From the sequence record SRR33789315_29: 20,000 nt of DNA. The stretch is one strand, 5' to 3'. Made by a program: the position numbers and the translations under genes. The notes beneath the pieces were generated by a model. That model was not told the DNA's origin and did not search any database. It worked only from the letters and a program-made list of their open reading frames with translations. This document shows positions 8,640-17,168 of the stretch, piece after piece (the first letter of the stretch is position 1; the number at the start of each line of letters is the position of its first letter).

Positions 8640-10284
8640 AAACGAGAGCAACGACGCTGAGATGGCGACAATTAATCCAGAGAAACGAGTCTCTGGACTA
8701 TGGCTCATTCCCCTTCTTACCGTCGCCGTAGGCGCTTGGATGATCTACGATAATTGGGCGAGTCAAGGCCCACTCATCACCATCGAGTTTGAAACCGCAG
8801 AGGGGCTCGAGGCGGGCAAAACTATGATTAAGACTCGTGACGTCCAAGTCGGCTTAGTGGAGGACATTACGCTGAACTCGGCACTCGATGGCGTCCTCGT
8901 ATCTGCGCGCATCAATCGCGAGTTTAGCGATCTACTCGTCGAGGGTTCACGCTTCTGGGTAGTGCAGCCTGAAGTGACCATGTCTGGAGTGACAGGACTT
9001 GGCACATTAATTTCGGGAGAATATATTCGATTCTCACCGGAGCAAAATGGCAGGCAAACCGATTATTTCAAAGGTTTAGAACAACCCCCTTTGACGCCTC
9101 TTGGCACACCGGGATTGCGAGTGACGCTTACGAATGCTGGGGACTTCACGTTCACAAGAGGAGATCGTATTGAGTATTTTGGCATTACAGTAGGCACTAT
9201 CGAGGATGTCGAATTTAATTTTGAAGAGAATCAAGTCTATTACAACGCCTTCATTCAGGCCCCCTATCACGAACTTATTACCAGCAACACCCGCTTCTGG
9301 AAGGCAAGTGGTATCCATGCCGAATTCACTGGCGCTGGCTTTGCGCTCGATATTGGTTCAATTCGCACGCTAATTTCTGAAGGCATTTCATTTTCTGTAC
9401 CTGACGGACAATTTCAAGGTGAATCAGCAACAGAGAGTGCTCTGTATTATATTTATCCATCTCGCGCTGCGATTAACGAGCGACTCTACATCTACTCACT
9501 ACGCTATTGGGTCATGGTCAATAGCGGTATCGGTGGACTTTCAGTTGGCGCACCGGTCAGCCATCGCGGTGTACAGATTGGAAAAGTGTTGCGCACAGAC
9601 TACATTCCTGAGGGTCAGACTCTCCTAAACAAAGACATGCCGATTCCGGTCCTTATTGAAATCAATCCAGGGCGCTTAGGCTTACCTGATACCGAAGAGA
9701 GTTTGCAGCGCGCGAGTAACGATATCAATAATTGGATCAGCGAAGGTTTGATTGCCACCATCCGTACGCAGAATTTCGTATTGGGGCAGCAATCGATCGA
9801 CTTGGACTACGACGAAAATTTCGCAAACTCTGAGCTACAAACCTTCACAGACCTTGTCGTCATTCCAACCGGCGAAGATACTCTGCAAAAATTTGCAGAT
9901 GGTATCGAACGACTCATTACGAAAATTAATGAATTGCCAATCGAAGACTTGATTGCAGATCTAAGAAATTTAATATCCGAAGGCAGTGCAACCCTCGCGA
10001 ACGTCCAAACACTTAGCGAGACTGGCAACGAGTTCTTCAATAATCCTCGCAACGCTGAACTAGTGGAACAAACCACTGAGACAATGCGTTCTTTCGAATC
10101 TCTTGCCGCAGGCTTTTCTAGTGAGTCGCAAACGAATCAGGAGATATTGAAACTCATGCAGTCTCTTACGGGCTTAATTGAAGAATTTAGACCACTTGTT
10201 AATGACATCAAGAACACCCCTAATAGCCTAGTTTTTCCTGTGCAGGCGGCAGATGAACTAACTCCTGCGAGGAAAGCACCGTGA
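8632..10284 (+). CDS. pqiB: Intermembrane transport protein PqiB (three MCE/MlaD domains plus helical C-terminus)
   Basis: N-terminal anchor WLIPLL...GAWMIY; AEGLEAGKTMIK.RDVQVGLV; SRFWVVQP; GLGTLISGEYI; NTRFWKASG; GLSVGAPVSHRGVQIGKV; PNSLVF. The ATG at 8632 overlaps the pqiA stop. Confidence 0.93.
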   Translation: MSENESNDAEMATINPEKRVSGLWLIPLLTVAVGAWMIYDNWASQGPLITIEFETAEGLEAGKTMIKTRDVQVGLVEDITLNSALDGVLVSARINREFSDLLVEGSRFWVVQPEVTMSGVTGLGTLISGEYIRFSPEQNGRQTDYFKGLEQPPLTPLGTPGLRVTLTNAGDFTFTRGDRIEYFGITVGTIEDVEFNFEENQVYYNAFIQAPYHELITSNTRFWKASGIHAEFTGAGFALDIGSIRTLISEGISFSVPDGQFQGESATESALYYIYPSRAAINERLYIYSLRYWVMVNSGIGGLSVGAPVSHRGVQIGKVLRTDYIPEGQTLLNKDMPIPVLIEINPGRLGLPDTEESLQRASNDINNWISEGLIATIRTQNFVLGQQSIDLDYDENFANSELQTFTDLVVIPTGEDTLQKFADGIERLITKINELPIEDLIADLRNLISEGSATLANVQTLSETGNEFFNNPRNAELVEQTTETMRSFESLAAGFSSESQTNQEILKLMQSLTGLIEEFRPLVNDIKNTPNSLVFPVQAADELTPARKAP

Positions 10285-10868
10285 AAATTAATCGACTCGT
10301 TCTACCAATCTGTCTTGCACTCGGCGCCTGTGCTGCGGAGCCAGTTTCTCTGTCTTACTACTTACTTAGCACCCCTAGTGCCGAGCAGGCGCGCAATCAG
10401 CCGATAAGCGCTAAAAAAGTATTGGTGATAGAGGACGTGGAGATGGCCACCTACCTGAGACAGTCTGGAATCATCATGCAGACTAGTGGCAATCAATTGC
10501 AGATCTCTAAGCAACATCTCTGGGCGGAAAACCTAGAGTTCGCAGTTCCCAAACAATTGGCCATGGCGATGCAAGAGCAGTCCACCGAGTATCAGGTTTA
10601 TGTGCGCAATCTCGATTTTGTCCCCAGTGCCCGCTTTAGTTTACGGCTACACATCGACAATTTGCAGGCGACTGATAGAGGCGAAGTGGTGAGCTCCGGG
10701 CGCTATCAGTTGATCGACAATGAAGACTCTCAGCATTCGACTACCGTCGACTTTTATTTCGAGAGAGACCTGCAGCAAGACGGACATAGTCATGCTGTTG
10801 AGAAGATTCGCGAACTGCTCGATGACATTGCAGCCGATGTCATAAAGACTGCCGAGAGTTTACAGTAG
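10281..10868 (+). CDS. pqiC: PqiC family outer-membrane lipoprotein
   Basis: Lipobox LGAC, YYLL, YLRQSGI, HLWAENL. GTGA start/stop overlap with pqiB. Confidence 0.88.
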   Translation: MKINRLVLPICLALGACAAEPVSLSYYLLSTPSAEQARNQPISAKKVLVIEDVEMATYLRQSGIIMQTSGNQLQISKQHLWAENLEFAVPKQLAMAMQEQSTEYQVYVRNLDFVPSARFSLRLHIDNLQATDRGEVVSSGRYQLIDNEDSQHSTTVDFYFERDLQQDGHSHAVEKIRELLDDIAADVIKTAESLQ

Positions 10869-10872
10869 GCAT

Positions 10873-10903
10873 AAAAAAACCCCAGCCTAGGCTGGGGTTT
10901 TTT
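10873..10903. terminator. Bidirectional Rho-independent terminator
   Basis: AAAAAACCCCAGCCTAGGCTGGGGTTTTTT (10874-10903) is a perfect 30-bp palindrome with T-tails on both strands, between convergent pqiC and the TBDR. Confidence 0.93.
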
Positions 10904-10941
10904 GTGTTACCAAGCGTTTGACGCTTGTTATACGACAGTCA

Positions 10942-13929
10942 TTAGAACTGTACGCGTGCACCCAAGTAGAAACGACGTGGGCTAACCCAAGAGTTGCCTT
11001 GACCGAAGGTGTATACACCGTCGCCGCCAGCAAGTTCTTGTTCACGCGTTACTGCTTGATCGTCTAGCGCGTTGAAGATATCCAAGAAGAATTCAGTTTC
11101 GAACCCTTGGATGTCCATCACGTACTTAGCACGTAGATCCAGTGTGCCGTAGGAGTCAGTCTGGTGTGAACCTACAGTACCTGGCGCCAACCAGCGAGTC
11201 GTTGCACCCAATGAATCGTAAGCAGTGCCTACGCGGATTGGTGTGTGACGACCGTACTGTGAGAAAGTCTCACTGTAGATCAGACCAGAGTTCCAAGCGT
11301 ATACCGCACCCAACTCAATGCCGTTATCGAACGAGTAAGAACCAGCAAACTTGAGCAGGTGCTCAATGTTGCCTGGCTGTGGGCCGTAGACATTTGGTGC
11401 ACGTGGGTCGAGGTACAAGAAGTCACCTTGAAGGTCCGCGTTACCGTCTGAGTTGGAGTTACCGTTCGCATCGTTGTACACATACGATGCCAGCAACTGC
11501 CAACGATTGTCGGCACTGCGACGCTTACGGAATGTCACTTCAACGCCTTCGTACTCACGAATACCGCCTTCTAGAGTCGCGATGAAGTAGTTCGCAGCTG
11601 GCAAAGTGTCAAAACCGAAGTAAGACAATGGCAGTGCATAACCACCAACCGCTGCAGGATCAGTATAGAAGCCTAGGTCGTAGTCTTCCAAAATGTCCTT
11701 AGTTTCGCGGTCCGTGTAGGTGATCTGGATGCTCATCTCATTACTCAGAGTATGCTCAAAACCGATCATCATCTCGTCAGTGTATGGAGTCTTAGTAGTA
11801 GGAGCGAAGTAACCGTCCTGCACCTGAGCACCACCACGAGTACGGAAAGTCACCCACTGGTTACCGATATAGGCTTGCTCTTCACGCACTGAACCAGACA
11901 AGGTTCCTGCGAATTGAGTCATGTCTGTACGGATTGGGTCGTAGTAACGACCAGTGAATGCCCAAACCTTGCTAGCGCCATCACCAAAGATGTCGTATAC
12001 AACGCTCAAGCGTGGTGCCATTTCCCAATCGAAAGTGAACACTTTAGAACCGTCAGTAGCGATGTGATCCCACTTCTCGGCGCGTACACCTGCGTTGATT
12101 GTCCAATGCTCATTGATGTTCCAAGAGTCTTGAATGAAGTATGCATCGCCTTCAGTCGTGAACGTCAACGGCGCTGTCTGTGTCTGGTTGATACGGTAAA
12201 CGTTCACCTGGCCGTTAGGGTTGTTAGCGGTAGAGTTGAACGCAAGATTACCGAGCTCAGAAGCACTGATTGTGCCATTGTTATCGGCATCAAGTAGGCC
12301 ACGGAAGTAAGCGGCATTACTGCTGCTTGCCATGCCGTCGATGATACGCTGATAGTCGTCTTCTGACAGATCGCGCTCACCAGTCCAAGTACCAGTCACG
12401 TAGTCTTTCAACTGTGTACCTGCGTTTTGCGTACCGATTGACGTGTACTGCGCGCCGTCGCCAGTGTAGACGAGGTCGTAGTTACGCTCGTTAGTCGTCT
12501 GCGTGTAGCCACCCTTGATTTCGTGGTAACCGAAAGACGTATCGAGGAAGTACTCAACCGTCAAAGACTTGGTGTCTTTGTTACGGAAGTCGATGGTTTC
12601 AGAACCACGACCACCACGGTCTGTATCAGCGTTTGTCACGGTTACACCGCTGAATGCAACGTCGTTGCGGCTAGAGCTGTCACTAGAAGAACGGCTTAAC
12701 TCGCCTTCGTGGCTAGCCACATCGAGAGTCACGATCAAGTTATCCCAAGAATGAGAATAGGAATACTTGTAGTTGTCTCCGCCTTGAATGGTGGTGCTAT
12801 CACGGTTAGCAAGCACCGTGTAGTCATCAGAACCATCACGCTCATAGGGGTCGTTAAAAAACTCAGCAGTGAACTTATCGTTGTCTGTTGGCGCCCAAGT
12901 CAGCTTGATGAAGCCGAGGTCCTGAGTCGTGTTAACAGTACGTTGCAGAGTGCCCGTTACTGGGTCGATGATGTCTTCGTCACGCTCTTTGCGCTGGAAG
13001 GACGTAAAGAACCACAGCTTGTCCTGAATGATTGGGCCGCCCAATGTGAAGGCCGTATCATAGGTAGAGAATGTGCTATCTGGCAGGTTATCGTTCTTCG
13101 CAACAAGACTGTCGCTTTGTGAGTAATAGTTCAAAGAACCATGGAACTCATTACTACCAGACTTTGTTACCACTCGAGAGATCAGGCCTTGTCCGCCTTC
13201 ATACTCAGCGGGTACACCGCCAGTGATGATTTGCTGTTCCTGAATGATTTCGGAGTTGAAGTTCGCACCGAAGCCGCCAGTCAAGTTGTCAGTGATATTG
13301 ATACCGTCAATGTAGTAGACGTTATCTGTAGAGGTGCCGGCAGTGTTGCCGTTTGAGTCAACCGCGTCAGAGTAGTTAACCCCTGACTTAGAAGATGGGT
13401 TACCGTCCAGAGTCGGCTTAGTAGATGGCGCCAACTGCAGGTATGACTGGTAGCTACGGCCTGTAGGCAGTGACTCAGTCAGGTCTAGAGTGATATCTGT
13501 GCCAACCAGTGCGGAAGTTGTATCCACTAACTGAGTACGACCAGAACGCCCTAATACAACCACTTCTTCGATTGAACTGCTGCGCTCGATCGCATAGGTC
13601 AGGGTGAAGTTACGGCCAGAAACTACTTGGACGTTCTCGTTACGCAGTGGTTGGAAACCAGAGCTGCTAACGACCACTTCGTAATCATTAGAAGGATCAA
13701 GACCAAGAAGACGAATCTCGCCGTCTGGACCAGTAACACCGCTCTTCGAGGTCAAACTGTCTGAAGTGCTTGCTTGAACCATTGCACCAGACACTGGGTT
13801 ACCCGCAGCATCGGTTACAACGACACGCAAACCACCAGTGTCGGCAAAAGCTTGTGAGCTGATAGCAGCAGCCAATAACACACTGGCTGCCTTGAGCCTG
13901 AATCGCGCAGGCGTTCGGTTGTTTTGCAT
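10942..13929 (-). CDS. Oar/OmpA-like TonB-dependent receptor with N-terminal carboxypeptidase-regulatory-like domain
   Basis: Signal peptide (SQAFA|D); GGLRVVVTDAAGNPVSGAMV...TGPDG N-domain; TonB box IEEVVV; LPTGRSYQSYL; YYIDGINITD; GGVPAEY; TKSGSNEFHG; LGGPIIQDKLWFF; APRL; ends PRRFYLGARVQF. GAGGGA RBS; tandem TAA TGA stops. Confidence 0.93.
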   Translation of the reverse strand: MQNNRTPARFRLKAASVLLAAAISSQAFADTGGLRVVVTDAAGNPVSGAMVQASTSDSLTSKSGVTGPDGEIRLLGLDPSNDYEVVVSSSGFQPLRNENVQVVSGRNFTLTYAIERSSSIEEVVVLGRSGRTQLVDTTSALVGTDITLDLTESLPTGRSYQSYLQLAPSTKPTLDGNPSSKSGVNYSDAVDSNGNTAGTSTDNVYYIDGINITDNLTGGFGANFNSEIIQEQQIITGGVPAEYEGGQGLISRVVTKSGSNEFHGSLNYYSQSDSLVAKNDNLPDSTFSTYDTAFTLGGPIIQDKLWFFTSFQRKERDEDIIDPVTGTLQRTVNTTQDLGFIKLTWAPTDNDKFTAEFFNDPYERDGSDDYTVLANRDSTTIQGGDNYKYSYSHSWDNLIVTLDVASHEGELSRSSSDSSSRNDVAFSGVTVTNADTDRGGRGSETIDFRNKDTKSLTVEYFLDTSFGYHEIKGGYTQTTNERNYDLVYTGDGAQYTSIGTQNAGTQLKDYVTGTWTGERDLSEDDYQRIIDGMASSSNAAYFRGLLDADNNGTISASELGNLAFNSTANNPNGQVNVYRINQTQTAPLTFTTEGDAYFIQDSWNINEHWTINAGVRAEKWDHIATDGSKVFTFDWEMAPRLSVVYDIFGDGASKVWAFTGRYYDPIRTDMTQFAGTLSGSVREEQAYIGNQWVTFRTRGGAQVQDGYFAPTTKTPYTDEMMIGFEHTLSNEMSIQITYTDRETKDILEDYDLGFYTDPAAVGGYALPLSYFGFDTLPAANYFIATLEGGIREYEGVEVTFRKRRSADNRWQLLASYVYNDANGNSNSDGNADLQGDFLYLDPRAPNVYGPQPGNIEHLLKFAGSYSFDNGIELGAVYAWNSGLIYSETFSQYGRHTPIRVGTAYDSLGATTRWLAPGTVGSHQTDSYGTLDLRAKYVMDIQGFETEFFLDIFNALDDQAVTREQELAGGDGVYTFGQGNSWVSPRRFYLGARVQF

Positions 13930-14083
13930 TTTATTCCCTCATTAGTTTATTAAGCTGGCGCCTGACTTTGAGATTGCTCTCTAACGCCGTTGCATTGCTA
14001 TTTTTTATACAGAACCCTGCCAAAAAACTCCCGCCAAATCGGTGGAAAAAATCCACAAGCGGAGGCCCCAGACAGCTGAATTC

Positions 14084-14097
14084 TGAAAACGTTCACA
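14084..14097. promoter_or_regulatory. Putative LacI-family operator
   Basis: TGAAAACGTTCACA fits the LacI/GalR-type pattern TGWNANCGNTNWCA with a central CG; about 155 bp upstream of the TBDR start. Confidence 0.5.
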
Positions 14098-14189
14098 ATT
14101 TAATGAATTCATGCGCCATTGTCGAACACTAGTTCGGCTAATGTGGCAAAAAAATGGCATTTCTATGATTATTTATTGAAATTTCAAAG

Positions 14190-14212
14190 AATTGGTTAAT
14201 TTATAACCAATT
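14190..14212. promoter_or_regulatory. Putative transcription-factor operator (9-5-9 inverted repeat)
   Basis: AATTGGTTA-ATTTA-TAACCAATT has perfect arms and lies in an AT-rich stretch upstream of the TBDR. Confidence 0.5.
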
Positions 14213-14287
14213 TAGTGCGGGTTCTGCACAGCTATGTGACACCAGCCCGATAAAAGTGCACTAGAGAATGCGGAGCACCGCGCACAC

Positions 14288-15265
14288 TCAAATCGGGCTG
14301 GCCGCGCGCATGAGTCGATCATTCACATCATTCCATTGCTCATCGCTTGGTGGGTACTCCAGCCAAATAGCATCCAGAGATTTGCCGTCTAGGGCATAAA
14401 GGGTTTTATAGAGTTTTTGCGCGTATTGCGCTTTTTCCGCAGGCAGCACCAATATACTGGACTGTTCAAGCTCGGGCGGCGCAGAGGCATAGAAAACACA
14501 GCCAATCCGAATACCCTTTACCTCAAGAGCGTCTAAAATTTGTTTTCGCGTCCCTATAAAGAGTGGCGTATGGGGCTGATAGTGCACCGCAACATTACCG
14601 GGAACCGCCATGTCGTGCTGGGCGGGTTGGCTCACTGGCAAACCCGCGCACTCAGCAATATCCGAAGCCGTGATCGGACCAGCGCGTAGAATCCGCAATT
14701 CTGGGCTCGTTAGATCCAGAATTGTCGACTCAAGGCCAACCTGACAATCCCCTCCATCGAGTACGGCATCAATTCGACCGTTGAGCTGCGCATAGACCTG
14801 AGCTGCAGTAGTAGGACTCAAACGTTTATAGGGATTTGCCGATGGCGCTGCCACTCCAAACTCTAGCTCCCTTAATAATGAAAGCAATGCTGGATGTGCG
14901 GGTACGCGCAATCCTATAGTGTCGCGTCCAGCGGTCACCACATCCGGAACCCGCGGTCCTTTACGAAGCAGTAATGTTAAGGGGCCAGGCCAAAAACTGG
15001 CCGCTAACTTATAGGCTAATGGCGGAATGTCCGAAGCCCAATCCACTAGTTTTTCTGCACTGTCTACATGCACAATCAGCGGATGATCACTAGGACGCCC
15101 TTTCGCGGCAAATATTCCTCGAACGGCTTCCGGATTCATCGCGTTCGCGGCCAAGCCGTAAACAGTTTCCGTAGGCACAGCCACTAGACCTCCGCGCCGC
15201 AAGATTAGTTTTGCGGTGTCGATGTCATAAGTTCTTGTGGCGTCTAATAGCTGAGTTGTTATCAT
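14288..15265 (-). CDS. sua5: L-threonylcarbamoyladenylate synthase, two-domain Sua5 type
   Basis: VAVPTETVYGLAA, KGRPSDHPLIVH, FWPGPLTL, AAPSAN, GLESTI, linker PGNVAVHYQP and a C-terminal SUA5 domain (YAQKLYKTLYALD, NDRLMRAA). Start is ATG 15265 or GTG 15268. Confidence 0.95.
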   Translation of the reverse strand: MITTQLLDATRTYDIDTAKLILRRGGLVAVPTETVYGLAANAMNPEAVRGIFAAKGRPSDHPLIVHVDSAEKLVDWASDIPPLAYKLAASFWPGPLTLLLRKGPRVPDVVTAGRDTIGLRVPAHPALLSLLRELEFGVAAPSANPYKRLSPTTAAQVYAQLNGRIDAVLDGGDCQVGLESTILDLTSPELRILRAGPITASDIAECAGLPVSQPAQHDMAVPGNVAVHYQPHTPLFIGTRKQILDALEVKGIRIGCVFYASAPPELEQSSILVLPAEKAQYAQKLYKTLYALDGKSLDAIWLEYPPSDEQWNDVNDRLMRAASPI

Positions 15266-15394
15266 CACTAAGTCTTTTGCAATTTCGGGTTACTCTGCCC
15301 TGCTAGGCGGATTGCCATGATAAACGTTATGACTGTAAGTCCATAATGCTGTTTGCTGCGTAAAATAATGACTCGAATCGATGGATGAATAGAA

Positions 15395-16300
15395 ATGGCA
15401 GAAAAACAGAGTGGAAACTTTAAAGTGTTAGTGGGAATCTTGCTGTGCCTAGTCGTGGGTAGCGCTATTGCGATTGCCGGCAGTGATGGCGGGCTTAGAG
15501 TTGGCAGCATCCCGCTTTTTGCTATTTGTGCCATGCTCGGCTTCGTCCTGCACTGGCTCGTTTTCCTTCCTTCATATGCTTTTCAAACGGAACACTACTT
15601 CGATCTGACAGGCTCCCTATCTTTTATCGGTGCAATTCTACTTGCCAACTGGCTAGCCCCGGAAACGGAAGAAAGTCTTCGAACGAATCTGCTTTCCTTC
15701 ATGGTACTAGCATGGGCACTGCGCCTTGGTAGCTTCCTCTTCATGCGTGTAAAACGCAGCGGTGAAGATAGCCGTTTTAGAGAGATTAAAACGCGCTTTT
15801 TGCGCTTCCTATTTACATGGACCTTAGGGGGCCTTTGGGTCTTACTAACTGCGGCCGCCGCACTTGCCGCCATCACTTCAGGCCGACATGTCGCACTCGA
15901 CACAGGTGCCTATATTGGTGGCGCTATTTGGCTTGTTGGGTTTCTTTTCGAGACCATCGCCGATCGCCAGAAAAGCACCTTTAAAGCGAAGCCCGAGAAC
16001 AAAGGCCGTTTTATAAATAAAGGCCTTTGGACTGTATCGCGTCACCCTAATTACTTCGGCGAGATTATTCTGTGGATTGGGGTTGCCATCGTCGCCGCTC
16101 CAGTTTTACAGGGCTGGCAATTAATTACTCTAATATCTCCCATGTTTGTAATATTTTTACTGTGCCGCGTCAGCGGGATTCCATTGCAGGAAGCACAGGC
16201 TAAAGAAAGATGGGGAGATGACCCCGAGTACCAACGCTACGTGAAATTAACACCAGTACTCATTCCTGGCTATAGAACGCCAAAACTGAGTGCGAAATAG
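15395..16300 (+). CDS. DUF1295 family membrane protein (steroid 5-alpha-reductase/ICMT-like fold)
   Basis: Multiple TM helices; TEHYFDLTGS, WALRLGSFLF.R, GEDSRF, ETIADRQK, GLWTVSRHPNYFGE, SGIPLQE, YQRYVKLTPVLIP. Confidence 0.9.
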   Translation: MAEKQSGNFKVLVGILLCLVVGSAIAIAGSDGGLRVGSIPLFAICAMLGFVLHWLVFLPSYAFQTEHYFDLTGSLSFIGAILLANWLAPETEESLRTNLLSFMVLAWALRLGSFLFMRVKRSGEDSRFREIKTRFLRFLFTWTLGGLWVLLTAAAALAAITSGRHVALDTGAYIGGAIWLVGFLFETIADRQKSTFKAKPENKGRFINKGLWTVSRHPNYFGEIILWIGVAIVAAPVLQGWQLITLISPMFVIFLLCRVSGIPLQEAQAKERWGDDPEYQRYVKLTPVLIPGYRTPKLSAK

Positions 16301-17168
16301 TACCAAGGAAATCTTGAAAGACAACTCGAGCGAACCTAGCGCGAAGCCACAACAGATCGCGCACTACTACGACGCCAATACAAGGAAGTTCATGCGCTTT
16401 GGGGGCGCTGGAAACACCGGCGCTATTCATCGCGCCATCTGGGCCCCCGGGGTAACAAATTCTGAGCAAGCCTTTCTATTTTTAAACCAATTGGTTGCCA
16501 ATGCAGTCAAGCCCTTAATAGGCCAAGAGAACAGAGACACTCATCTAATCGACTTAGGGTGTGGTATCGGCGGAACTGCAATTTTTCTAGCCACTGAGTT
16601 GGGCATACGCGTTACTGGCGTAAGCATTAGCGCCATTCAAACTACGATTGCCAAAGATCGCAGTAACGCCGCCTCTCTCGACGCGCGCCTGAAGTTCATT
16701 ACCGCAGATTTTGACGCACTTCCAAAACTTGAAAAAGTTGACGCTATCTACGCGATCGAGTCATTTGTGCATTCACGCAATGCGCGGGCATTTTTCGCTC
16801 AGGCTGCAGACCTTCTGCGTCAGAATGGACGGCTCATTATTTGCGATGACTTTCTTGGGGAAAACATCTCAAACAAAGGATCTCACTATGTCGCGAGATT
16901 TAAGAGCGGTTGGCAGCTGAACAATCTGATCACGGTGAAGGAAGTAGAGTCACTCGCTTTGGAGTTTGGCTTTAAGCTCGTTGAGTCTCATTCACTTTCC
17001 GAATATCTAAAAGGTTTTCCAGCAATTCTTCGCTGGGCTGTCGACACCATTTGCCGTATCCCTTTGCCTTGGGCCTACTGGCAAAACCTCGCTGGCGGAA
17101 CAGCACTGCAACTGTGTGTGAAACGAGGGTGGACTCGATATCAAGCACTGGTTTGGGAAAAAATCTAA
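16290..17168 (+). CDS. Class I SAM-dependent methyltransferase (sterol/tocopherol/cyclopropane-synthase-like)
   Basis: IAHYYD, IHRAIW, motif I LIDLGCGIGG, VTGVSIS..Q, FITADF, AIESFVH, LRQNGRLIICD. The GTG start overlaps the DUF1295 stop by 11 bp; the exact start is uncertain. Confidence 0.85.
   Translation: MRNSTKEILKDNSSEPSAKPQQIAHYYDANTRKFMRFGGAGNTGAIHRAIWAPGVTNSEQAFLFLNQLVANAVKPLIGQENRDTHLIDLGCGIGGTAIFLATELGIRVTGVSISAIQTTIAKDRSNAASLDARLKFITADFDALPKLEKVDAIYAIESFVHSRNARAFFAQAADLLRQNGRLIICDDFLGENISNKGSHYVARFKSGWQLNNLITVKEVESLALEFGFKLVESHSLSEYLKGFPAILRWAVDTICRIPLPWAYWQNLAGGTALQLCVKRGWTRYQALVWEKI

Noticed and set aside
11142..13356. Multiple + strand ORFs opposite the Oar-like TBDR (likewise 17703-19414 opposite the third TBDR)
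   Set aside because: Expected from codon bias on the coding strand; no independent coding features.
14005..14025. Possible sigma-54 promoter TTGGCAGGGTTCTGTA on the minus strand
   Set aside because: There is no GC at the required GG-N10-GC spacing.
14176..14187. FNR box reading of TTGAAATTTCAA
   Set aside because: FNR needs TTGAT-N4-ATCAA (14 bp); this palindrome is 12 bp.
15268..15534. 88-aa minus-strand ORF abutting the sua5 start
   Set aside because: Half of it overlaps DUF1295 antisense and the rest spans the divergent promoter gap; no motif support.
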